Origin: a virus
Direction: 5' to 3' (one strand)
IMG/VR virus record: IMGVR_UViG_3300032893_000025
Coordinates: 1 to 64,000 of that record
Length of the DNA: 64,000 bases
Shown piece by piece: positions 1 through 9,971 of this stretch; position 1 is the first letter of the stretch; every line of letters starts with the position of its first letter. The position numbers were made by a program, and so were the translations under genes. The notes below the pieces were generated by a model. It searched no databases. It saw only the letters and a list, made by a program, of their open reading frames with translations, and was not told where the DNA came from.

Positions 1-1
1 G

Positions 2-232
2 GTTAGAGAAGTTAATAGAATATTAGGAGATAATGTATATACACTAAGAGATAGATTTAATGTTAGTAAATCTATTGAGATGTTTTTAATAGTACAAAAC
101 TATTATAATCCAAACTTTAATTATGAAATAGCTGCTAGAATATGGAATGGTGGTGGAAATGGAATGAAAATAAGTAAAACATTAAAGTATTGGAAAGAAA
201 TAGAAAAACAAATAAAAAAGATAAATGGATAA
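2..232 (+). CDS. 5'-truncated lysozyme-like / lytic transglycosylase-like protein (C-terminal 76 aa)
   Basis: My translation of frame 2: VREVNRILG...DRFNVSKSIEMF...YNP...EIAARIWNGG...TLKYWKEI; stop at 230-232. The AR.WNGG..T..YW pattern resembles SLT/destabilase-like phage lysozymes. Not in the ORF track. Confidence 0.6.
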   Translation, partial: VREVNRILGDNVYTLRDRFNVSKSIEMFLIVQNYYNPNFNYEIAARIWNGGGNGMKISKTLKYWKEIEKQIKKING

Positions 233-1022
233 AGTAAAACAAAAACTTTTAGAAGATTTAACAAAAGCTAATAAGAGTAGAAAGCTCTTATTAGCTAAAA
301 GATATGGATTTAATACTGTAGAAGAATATAAAGAATATTTAGAAAAAGACTTTGATTTTCCAAAACCTAATATTCAATTTATAAAGCCTAAACCAACAAT
401 TCATAATGTAGTATTATTGGATGCTACTGGTAGTATGGCCGGTAGTAAATACAATAACTCTGCAATAGGAATTCAAAAAGAGTTAGAATGGTTAAAAACT
501 CAAACTGATGTTAATTACACCGCATCTGTAGTAGAATTTATACAAAAGGATTATGCTAGTGATGTAGTTAACATAAACAATCATGGAATGTTTTTGAGTC
601 CATCTAATTTAGTATTAAAATTTAAAAGTGCTTATGGATGTAATACTCCTTTGTATAAAGCAGTTTTAGATATTATAACAAATATAAAGACTAAAGCTTT
701 AGATACTGATAAAGTACTACTTAAAGTATATACAGACGGAGAAAATAATAGATTAGAAGAATATAAAACAGAATGTAAAAGAGTAATACAAGAAGTTCAA
801 AAGAAAAACTTTACTGTAACATTTGTTGGAACCAAAAGAGATTTAGATAAAATAATTTATGATCTAGATTTAGAAGAATCTAACTGTCTGGCTATTGAAG
901 ATTCGGGAGAAGGATTTGAAACTGCATTCAAAATGTCTATGGCGAGTACTCAATGTTATACTAAGTCAGTACTTAAAGGAAAAGATGTATCTACAGGATT
1001 TTACAAGAAAATAATAAATTAA
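225..1022 (+). CDS. von Willebrand factor A (vWA) domain protein
   Basis: MIDAS-like VVLLDATGSM, TPLY and VYTDGENN motifs, plus TFVG. Confidence 0.8.
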   Translation: MDKVKQKLLEDLTKANKSRKLLLAKRYGFNTVEEYKEYLEKDFDFPKPNIQFIKPKPTIHNVVLLDATGSMAGSKYNNSAIGIQKELEWLKTQTDVNYTASVVEFIQKDYASDVVNINNHGMFLSPSNLVLKFKSAYGCNTPLYKAVLDIITNIKTKALDTDKVLLKVYTDGENNRLEEYKTECKRVIQEVQKKNFTVTFVGTKRDLDKIIYDLDLEESNCLAIEDSGEGFETAFKMSMASTQCYTKSVLKGKDVSTGFYKKIIN

Positions 1023-1025
1023 TAT

Positions 1026-1556
1026 ATGAAGAAAGGAAATATTTTATCAGAATCCCAGTTTTATGTTGTGGATGAAATTAAAGGTAATGGTAATGTAATA
1101 GTAATAGATGATAATGGACAAAAAATTGAATTATCCAAAGATTATGCTACTAAAATGTTATCATCAGCACATGATTTTTCCAAAGAAGAAAAAGTAAACA
1201 AAACAGAATTAGCTAATATATTTTTAGCCAATTCAAGAGTAGCTATGACAGTATGTTTCTATAAACAAGTTAAAGAAGCAGATGTAGTAGCTGAAATAGC
1301 TTCTGAAATAGCTGGAGCTAAAATAGCTGAAATTGAAAAAGCTATTAAAAAAGGAGTAAAGAAAGCTATTGTAGGAGAAGAAAGAGTAATGGTGGGTAGA
1401 CATTATGGGGCTTCTGATGAATTTGGTAGAATTCATTTTGTAGATATGGAAGTTGTTAAAGATCCTTCCAAATCTTATGATGTAAGAATGAGATTGGTAG
1501 ACCCAAGAACTCTACAATGGTTGGTAGTTAATAATATTAAATATTCTTTAAAATAA
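1026..1556 (+). CDS. hypothetical phage protein
   Basis: 176-aa ORF in a tightly packed operon; no recognised motif. Confidence 0.7.
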   Translation: MKKGNILSESQFYVVDEIKGNGNVIVIDDNGQKIELSKDYATKMLSSAHDFSKEEKVNKTELANIFLANSRVAMTVCFYKQVKEADVVAEIASEIAGAKIAEIEKAIKKGVKKAIVGEERVMVGRHYGASDEFGRIHFVDMEVVKDPSKSYDVRMRLVDPRTLQWLVVNNIKYSLK

Positions 1557-1557
1557 T

Positions 1558-2250
1558 ATGGCATCAATAGCTATTGTAGGCAAATCTGGTACTGGAAAAA
1601 GTACAAGCTTTGGTCAATTTCCAGATTTAGGAATAAAGGGATTAATTCCTGAAGAAACTGTGGTAATAAATGTATCTGGAAAAGATTTACCATTTAGAGG
1701 ATGGAAAAAACTTTATACAGGAAAAATAAGTGAAAGAGGTAATTACTTCGAAAGCTCTAATGCAGATCAAATAGCCAGAGCTATAGATCATGTATCATCA
1801 TCAAGAGTAGATATAAAAAACATTGTTATAGATGATGCACAATATATTATGGCATTTGAATTTATGCAAAGAGCTAAAGAAACAGGATATGGTAAGTTTG
1901 CAGATATTGGAGTAAATCTTGGTAAAGTAGTTTCAGCAGCAAAGAATACAAGAAAAGATTTAAAAGTATATTTCTTGTGGCATCCTGAACAAGATAAAGA
2001 AACTGGATATAAAATGAAAACTGTAGGTAAAATGGTAGATGATTACCTAACATTAGAAGGATTATTTACCGTGGTACTTTACACTAAAGTTTCCAAATCT
2101 GTTGATAATAAAATACTCTATCAATTTATAACCAATAATGATGGAGAATTCCCTGCTAAATCTCCAGTAGGAATGTTTAGAGATATTTATATACCTAACG
2201 ATTTAGGAGTAGTATCCGAAACAATAGATAAATATAATGAAGGAGAATAA
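1558..2250 (+). CDS. P-loop AAA ATPase (AAA_24/Sak4-like) of the crAss-like replication module
   Basis: Walker A GKSGTGKS, Walker B IVIDD, and KTVGKMVDDYLTLEGLFTVVL...AKSPVGMF. Confidence 0.85.
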   Translation: MASIAIVGKSGTGKSTSFGQFPDLGIKGLIPEETVVINVSGKDLPFRGWKKLYTGKISERGNYFESSNADQIARAIDHVSSSRVDIKNIVIDDAQYIMAFEFMQRAKETGYGKFADIGVNLGKVVSAAKNTRKDLKVYFLWHPEQDKETGYKMKTVGKMVDDYLTLEGLFTVVLYTKVSKSVDNKILYQFITNNDGEFPAKSPVGMFRDIYIPNDLGVVSETIDKYNEGE

Positions 2251-2269
2251 TAATTAAAAACAATAATAA

Positions 2270-2515
2270 ATGGCAAGACAAATTAGTATTTCAGCAATTT
2301 TAGAAGATTTAAAGAATGGTATGACACGCAAGGATATTAATGTTAAATATGCATTAAATCCTTTGGATGCAAAAGAAGTATGGAAACATGAAAAGTTAAA
2401 AAACAAGAAACCTGCAAAGTATGTCTTAGACATAGAAATTGTAGATGATGTAGAAGTAAAATACTTGGATGAAGATATAACAAAACATCCCAAAAGTTCA
2501 ACAATTAAACAATAA
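2270..2515 (+). CDS. hypothetical protein (possible small helix-turn-helix)
   Basis: 81-aa ORF with AT-rich leader, followed by a terminator. Confidence 0.6.
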   Translation: MARQISISAILEDLKNGMTRKDINVKYALNPLDAKEVWKHEKLKNKKPAKYVLDIEIVDDVEVKYLDEDITKHPKSSTIKQ

Positions 2516-2532
2516 ATTTTTGATATTTTTAC

Positions 2533-2564
2533 AATCCTATCAGTTAATTCTGGTAGGATTTTTT
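2533..2564 (+). terminator. intrinsic terminator
   Basis: AATCCTATCAG-ttaatt-CTGGTAGGATT hairpin followed by TTTT. Confidence 0.7.
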
Positions 2565-2604
2565 ATAAATAAAAAGTAATAAATAATCTAAAAAAAAATA
2601 TATT

Positions 2605-3408
2605 ATGGCAGTAAAAAGTAATGCATCAGATAAACAAACAGTAAGAGAATTTACACTCAAAATTGGGCCTGTTTTATGTGGAGTAGAATTAGTTAATCCT
2701 ACACTAGCGCAACTAAGTGCAATAGGATATAATTTCCAGAATGAACCTGAATATAACACACTGGATGACAAAGAAGGGCACGAAAAAGTAAGACTAGATT
2801 TCTATTTAGTTAATTCAACTTTAGGATTTAGACAAAAGGTTACTTTCTTTTTAGAAAATAAAGAAAGAAGTAATAAAGATGGAGATAAGTTTGAATTCAT
2901 TAATAATCAAGCTCAATCTACTTGGGGAACTTCAGTAGAAGAAGTTGTAGCTAAAGTAGGTAAAAATGGTAATACATGGTTTGCTCCAGAAGGTGCAAAA
3001 AAAGCTTTGATTGGAGAAGTAAGTTTGTATAACTTTATCAAAACTTGGGCTAATGTAGAACCTAAAGAAGAATGTGTTCTTGATAATATTAAAGCTGTAT
3101 TTAAAGGTAACTTTAAAGAATTACAAGGATTAGTTAAAATGTTAGCTGACAATACTCTCTGGGTAATGGCAGAAGTCAGCACTAAAGATAATAAATCTTA
3201 TCAATCTGTAAATAATCAGTATTTTGGTAGAGCAACTTCTAAGTTATTTGCTAATAATTTTGCTAAATTTGCAGCAGATCAGAAAGCTTCAGGTTATCCA
3301 TTAAAAAATATTTGGGGGACTGAATTTAAAGACTATATTGCAAAACCAGTAGTTGCAGATGCTGAATCTCAACCTGCTGGAACTGATATTAAAAATGTAG
3401 ATTTTTAA
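2605..3408 (+). CDS. putative single-stranded DNA-binding protein
   Basis: Lies between the AAA ATPase and primase; acidic tail ending in an aromatic residue (...DIKNVDF); crAss-like gene order. Confidence 0.5.
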   Translation: MAVKSNASDKQTVREFTLKIGPVLCGVELVNPTLAQLSAIGYNFQNEPEYNTLDDKEGHEKVRLDFYLVNSTLGFRQKVTFFLENKERSNKDGDKFEFINNQAQSTWGTSVEEVVAKVGKNGNTWFAPEGAKKALIGEVSLYNFIKTWANVEPKEECVLDNIKAVFKGNFKELQGLVKMLADNTLWVMAEVSTKDNKSYQSVNNQYFGRATSKLFANNFAKFAADQKASGYPLKNIWGTEFKDYIAKPVVADAESQPAGTDIKNVDF

Positions 3409-3409
3409 T

Positions 3410-3667
3410 ATGTTATTAACAGTTGGGCAATTAAAGAAACTTATCCAAAACGTTCCAGATAATTATTTATTTGGAACTATGGATTTTGCTTCTGATAATG
3501 AAATAAAATTATACGCCCCTAAAAGAGGATTACTTCTTGAAGCATTTGATTCTAAATATTTAGTTCTAAATAATATGGGAACACATTGGGATGATAAATG
3601 GAGTAGGAATGAATTCTTTTTAAGAGGTTCTGTAGATAGAGAAACTGGTGAAATAACCAATATTTAA
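3410..3667 (+). CDS. hypothetical protein
   Basis: 85-aa ORF with N-terminal LTVGQLKKLIQNVPD, a common small phage protein start. Confidence 0.6.
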   Translation: MLLTVGQLKKLIQNVPDNYLFGTMDFASDNEIKLYAPKRGLLLEAFDSKYLVLNNMGTHWDDKWSRNEFFLRGSVDRETGEITNI

Positions 3668-3671
3668 TTCT

Positions 3672-4703
3672 ATGATAAAAGGAAGACCTATACTCTCTAA
3701 AGAAATTATCTACAGTAAGATTTCTTCTGAAGATATTTTCAGAGAGTATTGTTCTCCTTTTAAAAATATAGGAGAACATTTTAATAGTGAATTAAGAAAT
3801 GATTCTAAACCAAGTTGTATTATAGACTGGATTAGAGGAGATTTAATGTATTCAGATTTTGGAGATGGAACTCACATTAGAGCTATTGAATATGTTAAGT
3901 TAAAATTTAGTATAAGTTACTGGCAAGCTTTAGAGAAAATATATAATGAATTTAAATTAAAAGAAAATGATAATTATCTTTTGGGGAGTGCTTATAGTAA
4001 TAGTAGTATGGGGGATAGCAGGACTTTTAGCGATGATAGATCTAATATTAAATATAATAAGAGCCATAAAACTATTATTAAAATTAAAAAAAGAAACTGG
4101 TCAGAACAAGACGCAAAATACTGGCAAGGAAGATATGGAATTAATAGATCAACTTTAATCAAATTTAGAGTAATTCCTATAAGTCATTTTTGGATTGATA
4201 GTAATAAACTAAACAATCAAATGTTTATTGCAGATTCTTTGGCATATAGTTATGATTTTTATTGGGAAAATGGTATATTTAGAAGAAAGATATACCAACC
4301 ACTAAGTAAAAATAGATTTTGGAGTAATGGTGGAAAAATATCTCAAGGAGAAGGAATGTTACCTTATAGTGGTGATTTACTGGTAATCACCAAATCACTT
4401 AAAGATGTAATGTGCTACTATGAACTAGGAATTACTGCTATAGCAAGTGTTAGTGAATCCAGTTTTTTACCTAAAGAATATATAGAAAAACAAAAAAGTA
4501 GGTTTAATAGAATAATCCTACATTTTGATTCAGATCTAATAGGTATTAAAAAGTCTAAAGAGTTTTCTGAGAAATGGAATATACCTTATATTTTAATTCC
4601 AGAAATTTATAAAAGTAAAGATTTATCTGATTTAATATATAATCACGGTAAAGAAAAAGCTAAACAAATAATTAAAAATTTATTATATGAGACCATTTTA
4701 TAA
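3672..4703 (+). CDS. DNA primase (Toprim), crAss-like
   Basis: N-terminal SELRNDSKPSC...DFG; Toprim LVITKSLKDVM, HFDSDLIG (DxD) and KDLSD. Confidence 0.85.
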   Translation: MIKGRPILSKEIIYSKISSEDIFREYCSPFKNIGEHFNSELRNDSKPSCIIDWIRGDLMYSDFGDGTHIRAIEYVKLKFSISYWQALEKIYNEFKLKENDNYLLGSAYSNSSMGDSRTFSDDRSNIKYNKSHKTIIKIKKRNWSEQDAKYWQGRYGINRSTLIKFRVIPISHFWIDSNKLNNQMFIADSLAYSYDFYWENGIFRRKIYQPLSKNRFWSNGGKISQGEGMLPYSGDLLVITKSLKDVMCYYELGITAIASVSESSFLPKEYIEKQKSRFNRIILHFDSDLIGIKKSKEFSEKWNIPYILIPEIYKSKDLSDLIYNHGKEKAKQIIKNLLYETIL

Positions 4704-4890
4704 GCCAGAACAAGGAAATCCTGTATATGATAAGATGTTATCTAAAAGGAATGCCAAGCAAGTAGTTCAATCTATGGAAATTAGACAAAGAATTACTAGG
4801 GAACTAACTCAAAGAGATAAATTTGAGCAGAAACAATATGAAAAGAACATGAGTAGTTTTGTATCTAAATTACAAGATAAATGGAAATAG
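4687..4890 (+). CDS. hypothetical protein
   Basis: 67-aa ORF overlapping its neighbours in the operon. Confidence 0.55.
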   Translation: MRPFYKPEQGNPVYDKMLSKRNAKQVVQSMEIRQRITRELTQRDKFEQKQYEKNMSSFVSKLQDKWK

Positions 4891-5093
4891 ACCAAAAAGA
4901 AAGATATTTAGTAAGAATAAAATATCTAAAAGATAGTAAACTTATAAAAAGAATTTGGGTAGAGGAAGTAAACTATCAAAAAGAAGTTTATGATAAAATT
5001 CAAAGAGACTATGGATTTCATAATGAAATAAATAGTGAAGATGAAAAAGAAGGAATTTTAGGGGTTAGATTAATTAGTGGAGAATTACCATGA
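4881..5093 (+). CDS. hypothetical protein
   Basis: 70-aa ORF with ATGA overlap to the next gene. Confidence 0.55.
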   Translation: MEIDQKERYLVRIKYLKDSKLIKRIWVEEVNYQKEVYDKIQRDYGFHNEINSEDEKEGILGVRLISGELP

Positions 5094-5587
5094 GAGGATT
5101 TAGAACTGTCTCTTTTAACAAAAAAATAAAAAATGCAGTAAAATCTGAGTATGATGGAGTACAATTTAAATCAAATCTTGAAAAATTCTGTTATCAGCAA
5201 TTAAAAATAAATAAAATTCCTTTTGAATATCAGCCAAAAAGTTTTATATTACTCGAATCATTTGAAATAGATTTTGAATGCTATGAATTAATTGGTAAAA
5301 TATATAGAGAAAAAGAAACAAAGAAAATTTCAAATGACACAAGAAGATTCGATTTAGTTACTAATGTTAGAGATATTAAATATACTCCTGATTTTATAGA
5401 TTTACAAACAGACTTTTCTTTTTGTAAATGGATAATAGAAACTAAAGGATTTGCTAATGATGCCTTTCCTTTAAGATGGAAATTGTTCAAAGAATATTTA
5501 ACTAAAAATAGATTTTATGGTAAATTATTTAAACCTGAAAATCAAAAACAAGTAATAGAATGTATTAATATAATTAAAAAATTATAA
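5090..5587 (+). CDS. PD-(D/E)xK endonuclease (DUF1064 / T7 endonuclease I-like, possible Holliday junction resolvase)
   Basis: YDGVQFKSNLE, YTPDF and IIETKG motifs. Confidence 0.8.
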   Translation: MRGFRTVSFNKKIKNAVKSEYDGVQFKSNLEKFCYQQLKINKIPFEYQPKSFILLESFEIDFECYELIGKIYREKETKKISNDTRRFDLVTNVRDIKYTPDFIDLQTDFSFCKWIIETKGFANDAFPLRWKLFKEYLTKNRFYGKLFKPENQKQVIECINIIKKL

Positions 5588-5588
5588 A

Positions 5589-6854
5589 ATGGAAGTAGAT
5601 GAGAAAGTAAAAGAAGAAGTAAAAGTAAAACCTAAATATTTTTTTAACGAAGAAAAAGATGAAATGATAAAATTATTTTCAGTTCAATCTTATAGTGGGC
5701 AAGAAACTCTTATGCAAGCTTACGTAATAGAAAGACTATCTAAAATAAAAGGTATTATTTCTATTGAACAGGATAAACACGGAAACATCTTGGCTACCAA
5801 AGGAGTTATAAATACAGGAGAGTTCTACCCCTCTGTAATTGCTCACATGGACACAGTACATGATTTTGAAATAGGATATAAAATAAGACATGGAATAACA
5901 GCAAGTGGTAATAAATTATGGGCTGAGTGTAAACCAAGGAAATTAACAGGTTATCTTTCATCTTATAATAATTATCAATATGATGAATTTACTGGAAGTA
6001 TTGGTGGTTACTATTATAATGGTAAAACTAAAAGATGGGAGCTAGAGAATAAAAGTAAAAAGAATACTCCTAAAATGTCTATAAGTGCTGGGATTGGTGG
6101 AGATGATGGAAATGGAATATGGCTTGCGCTAAAGATGATGGAAGAAAAGGATGTGATAAAAGGTGTATTCACAGTTCAAGAAGAAACTGGAGCTGTTGGT
6201 GCAAAAAATCTTGATTTATCATTCTTCAGTAACGTAGGTTATATTATAGAGGGGGATAGACGTGGTAGTAAAGATATTGTAACATCAATATGGCAACCTA
6301 TTTGCTCAGACAAGTTCATAGCAGACATTGAAGATTTAACAGATAAATTTGGGTTTGAAGAAATAAAAGGAATGATAACTGATGTATCAGCTTTAACTGA
6401 TAATAAAGTAGGAGTATCTTGTATTAATTTGTCTGTTGGATATTATAATCCTCATACATTTGATGAATACATTATTGCAGAAGAAATGTTTCATACTACT
6501 CAATTTGTCAGTGAAGTAATTGATAAATTAGGAAAAACTAAATATGAACATATTTATATTCCTAAAACTTATTATAGCAAACCAGCAACTTATGGAAAGT
6601 ATTTTAGTAAATATGATGACTGGTATGATGATTATAAATACGATGATTACTCAGACTTTAAACCTGTTAAATCTACTCCTGTAAGACAATGTTCTTGTGC
6701 TTCTGAATTAATAGATTTAGATTGTCCTATTCATAATCCTACAGTAGAAATAGGAGATACTAATTTATTCTGTGAATGCGGAACAGAAGTAATAGAGAAA
6801 GAAAAAACCTATTACTGTCCAGTATGCGGAAAACATTTTGTAACAAAGAACTAA
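5589..6854 (+). CDS. M20/M28-family zinc peptidase with C-terminal Cys/His zinc-ribbon motifs
   Basis: AHMDTVH, GGDDGNG, QEETG, DRRG, GYYNPHT; C-terminal CSC..CPIH and CECG..CPVC. Confidence 0.8.
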   Translation: MEVDEKVKEEVKVKPKYFFNEEKDEMIKLFSVQSYSGQETLMQAYVIERLSKIKGIISIEQDKHGNILATKGVINTGEFYPSVIAHMDTVHDFEIGYKIRHGITASGNKLWAECKPRKLTGYLSSYNNYQYDEFTGSIGGYYYNGKTKRWELENKSKKNTPKMSISAGIGGDDGNGIWLALKMMEEKDVIKGVFTVQEETGAVGAKNLDLSFFSNVGYIIEGDRRGSKDIVTSIWQPICSDKFIADIEDLTDKFGFEEIKGMITDVSALTDNKVGVSCINLSVGYYNPHTFDEYIIAEEMFHTTQFVSEVIDKLGKTKYEHIYIPKTYYSKPATYGKYFSKYDDWYDDYKYDDYSDFKPVKSTPVRQCSCASELIDLDCPIHNPTVEIGDTNLFCECGTEVIEKEKTYYCPVCGKHFVTKN

Positions 6855-6858
6855 TATT

Positions 6859-7635
6859 ATGATTAAATTAGGATTTATAGGTAATAAAGAAATGTTTGAT
6901 ATATTTATAGAGGCCAATAAAGAAGACAATAACTTCGAATTGGTCTTTATAGATATAAAAAATGACTACTATAAAAAGTTTGACTTAGATTATGTAATGG
7001 TAAGAGCAACAAACTTACATGCAAATTTAGTTAAACAATTCGTATTAAACAACCTAAACATTAATTTCATAGATAATCTTGAAAGATTTACAGAGATTAA
7101 AAGTAAGTATGAAACATCAATTGAAAGATATAAATTAGGTATTGGAGCTAAAACATTTAAAGATGTAGATTTTTTTACACCTTTTCCTATTGTAGGAAAA
7201 CCCATTATGGGAAACAAATGCAAGGGAATTCAATATCTACATTCCTATAATGAATATTTAGAATGGAAAAAATCTGTAAACTTGGATGAATATTTTTTTC
7301 AAGAAAAATTAAATTTATGTAATGAATTTAGAGTCTTAACTTTCTATATTAATAATACTTATAAATTTTTTACAGTAAAAAAGAAAACAATATGCGGAAT
7401 TAAAAACAATCAGAAAAAATTAAATCCTACAAAATCTTTATATAAATTTATAAAAGAAAATAGACCTGATAAAGTAGGAATAATTGGATATGATATTGGG
7501 CAGTTACAAAATGGTAATTTTGTAATTATTGAAGAAAATAGGTCTCCTCTATTTGATAGAGTCCAAAGGAGATTAAATATAGATATACCAAAAGAATTGT
7601 TAAATTTTATTTATAAAACACATATAAAAGATTAA
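6859..7635 (+). CDS. RimK-like ATP-grasp ligase
   Basis: FPIVGKPIMGNKCKGI, FFQEKL, EFRV and GYDI...IIEENRSP match the ATP-grasp motif series. Confidence 0.75.
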   Translation: MIKLGFIGNKEMFDIFIEANKEDNNFELVFIDIKNDYYKKFDLDYVMVRATNLHANLVKQFVLNNLNINFIDNLERFTEIKSKYETSIERYKLGIGAKTFKDVDFFTPFPIVGKPIMGNKCKGIQYLHSYNEYLEWKKSVNLDEYFFQEKLNLCNEFRVLTFYINNTYKFFTVKKKTICGIKNNQKKLNPTKSLYKFIKENRPDKVGIIGYDIGQLQNGNFVIIEENRSPLFDRVQRRLNIDIPKELLNFIYKTHIKD

Positions 7636-7636
7636 T

Positions 7637-9169
7637 ATGATAATTGGAGAAAAATTAAAAAGGTTATTAGAAAATAACAAATCTAATAATATCTGCAAAC
7701 AATTTCTAAAGAAAGAAAAAGAAGATGAATGGATAAATGATATAGGGTATTTAGATATTGCTATAACCAATCCTAATAAAATAGGATATATATCAATAGA
7801 TAGAAAAGAAAGATTTGGTAAAAATGTTGAAAATTATATATCAGATAAGATTATAGATAAAATAGTACAACCAACAAAAGAGTATTGGGTAACTCATTAT
7901 GATCTAAGTATATATAGAACCTGGAAAGATAAAACATGGAGAGTGAGAAATGTTGATAATGAATATAAACAAATTAGATGTAGTTGTTTGGAAATAAATC
8001 AGGATTTAAATTTTAACTTATCAGATTTAAAACAAAGTTCTAATTTAATTAAAACTTATTGCGAAATAAAAGTAATTTATAACTTCTTTGATGAAACTTT
8101 AAGAAGTAAATTTGCATATATGACATCTCCTGGTAAATTGGTAAATAAATTAGAAATAACAGCTTCAAATAAAGAAGTACAAGAATTTGCTACTTTATTT
8201 TACCAAGATATTATAGGATTGGCTATAGATGGGTTACATTTTGAGTTAATGAATGGTGAAAGTATTAGAAAATATTATTATGAAGGATCATATTCAAGAA
8301 AAGGGGGTACACTTAATTCAAGTTGTATGCGACATGAACAATGCAAACCATTTATGGATATTTATGCAAAGAATGAAGAAAAAGTAAGTTTGCTGGTTTT
8401 ATTTAATAATCAAGATAAAGTTGAAGGTAGGGCATTAGTTTGGAAATGTAATAAAGAAGAAGATAAGGATGAAATAACTCTCATGGATAGAATATATGTG
8501 ACTAATGATAATTATGTAGAGTATTTTAGAACTTATGCTAAAAACAAAAAATGGCATTATAAATGGCAACAAGATGCTAGTTATAAAAAAGAAATAATTT
8601 GTCCTCCAGAATATACTAAAAAAACAATGGATTTATATGTAGACTTAAAAACAAAATTTAGTAGTTATCCTTATTTAGATACTTTCACGTATATGTCTGA
8701 AGATAGATTAAGAAATAATGGTAATTTTGAACACAGATATGAGTTATGCTCAATAGGGGGAGAACCAAGAATTGATGAAGAAGAACCAACAGTATTTTCA
8801 GAATATTATGATGAAGATATTCCAGAAGATGACGCTGTATATTCAAATTATCTGAGTAGTTGGATTTGGGATGATGAATCTTGTACTGTAACCATAAATG
8901 GAAGAAGTGATTATATGCCAACAGACCATGATGAAATATATTATGTGAAAGGTAATTATTATTTTAAAGACTATGTAATATTTTCTAAATGGGAAGATGA
9001 GTATATACCAAAAGAAGATTCAGTATTCTCTAATTATCATAATAGTTATATGTTAGAAAGAAAATGTACTTTCTATAATGAAGATTATATACATAGAGAT
9101 TATATTGATGAATACAAAGAATCAATAGAAGAAAAGAAAGAAGTAAAAGAAAGTGTTGGTAATGAGTAA
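7637..9169 (+). CDS. conserved phage protein (SCM...GRALVW...MDRIY...YPYLDT) with acidic/aromatic C-terminal repeats
   Basis: Motifs read directly in the translation; function unknown. Confidence 0.65.
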   Translation: MIIGEKLKRLLENNKSNNICKQFLKKEKEDEWINDIGYLDIAITNPNKIGYISIDRKERFGKNVENYISDKIIDKIVQPTKEYWVTHYDLSIYRTWKDKTWRVRNVDNEYKQIRCSCLEINQDLNFNLSDLKQSSNLIKTYCEIKVIYNFFDETLRSKFAYMTSPGKLVNKLEITASNKEVQEFATLFYQDIIGLAIDGLHFELMNGESIRKYYYEGSYSRKGGTLNSSCMRHEQCKPFMDIYAKNEEKVSLLVLFNNQDKVEGRALVWKCNKEEDKDEITLMDRIYVTNDNYVEYFRTYAKNKKWHYKWQQDASYKKEIICPPEYTKKTMDLYVDLKTKFSSYPYLDTFTYMSEDRLRNNGNFEHRYELCSIGGEPRIDEEEPTVFSEYYDEDIPEDDAVYSNYLSSWIWDDESCTVTINGRSDYMPTDHDEIYYVKGNYYFKDYVIFSKWEDEYIPKEDSVFSNYHNSYMLERKCTFYNEDYIHRDYIDEYKESIEEKKEVKESVGNE

Positions 9170-9962
9170 ACTATTATTAATAGATTCAGATTTTATACTA
9201 TACAAAATATGTTTTAATAGAGTTCTATCTGAAACAGAACAAATGTATGGTATAAAATCTGAAAAAACTTTGCAAGAAACTTTAGATTTAATAGATTGGT
9301 ACTTAGTAGAAAAAATATTTAAACCTACTAGTGCAGACTATTATTTAGGATTTCTGGGGGGGGATGGAAATTACAGATATTCTGTAGACTCCGCTTATAA
9401 AAGTGGAAGAAGTTCAGAAAAGCCCCCATTTTTCAAAGAAGTAAAACAATATCTTATAGATAAATGGGAGTTTATTATTGTAAACGGTATTGAAGCTGAA
9501 GATGCAGTTGGAATTTCTCTTACTACATACTCTGAATCTATAATTGTAGGGCAAGACCATGATTTACTTCAACTTCCAGGAACACATTATAATCCTGTAA
9601 AGAATGAAGTAATAGACTTGAGTATTCAAGATGCAGAGTATAATTTTTGGAAACAAATGATTACAGGCTGTTCTACAGATAAAGTATCTGGAATTCCAAG
9701 AATTGGAGAAATTAAAGCTACTAAATTTTTAGAGAAATTTTATAATAAAAATAATTCTGATATTATTGCTTCAAGTATTATATTTGCTCAAAAAGTATTA
9801 TGTTTATATATACAATTCTTTGGAGAATATAAAGGTATTCAAAAATTTGCAAAGAACCATCAACTTCTTAAGATTCTCAGAGAAAAAGAAGGATTTGTAA
9901 TTCCTGAAATAAAACCAGTTAATAAAATTAAAATAGTAGAACAAATAGTACCAGAATTTTAA
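9162..9962 (+). CDS. 5'-3' exonuclease / flap endonuclease (T5 D15 / T7 gp6-like)
   Basis: LLIDSD, YKSGR, EAEDAVG, DHDLLQLPG and helix-hairpin-helix TDKVSGIPRIGEIKA; ATG at 9162 preferred over the 9153 start. Confidence 0.85.
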   Translation: MSKLLLIDSDFILYKICFNRVLSETEQMYGIKSEKTLQETLDLIDWYLVEKIFKPTSADYYLGFLGGDGNYRYSVDSAYKSGRSSEKPPFFKEVKQYLIDKWEFIIVNGIEAEDAVGISLTTYSESIIVGQDHDLLQLPGTHYNPVKNEVIDLSIQDAEYNFWKQMITGCSTDKVSGIPRIGEIKATKFLEKFYNKNNSDIIASSIIFAQKVLCLYIQFFGEYKGIQKFAKNHQLLKILREKEGFVIPEIKPVNKIKIVEQIVPEF

Positions 9963-9971
9963 AACTATTAG

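Noticed and set aside
1233-8921. Short antisense or out-of-frame ORFs in the track (for example 1233-1436, 2254-2493, 2913-3182, 3967-4158, 6990-7223, 8685-8921)
   Set aside because: They overlap well-supported + strand genes and have shadow-ORF composition.
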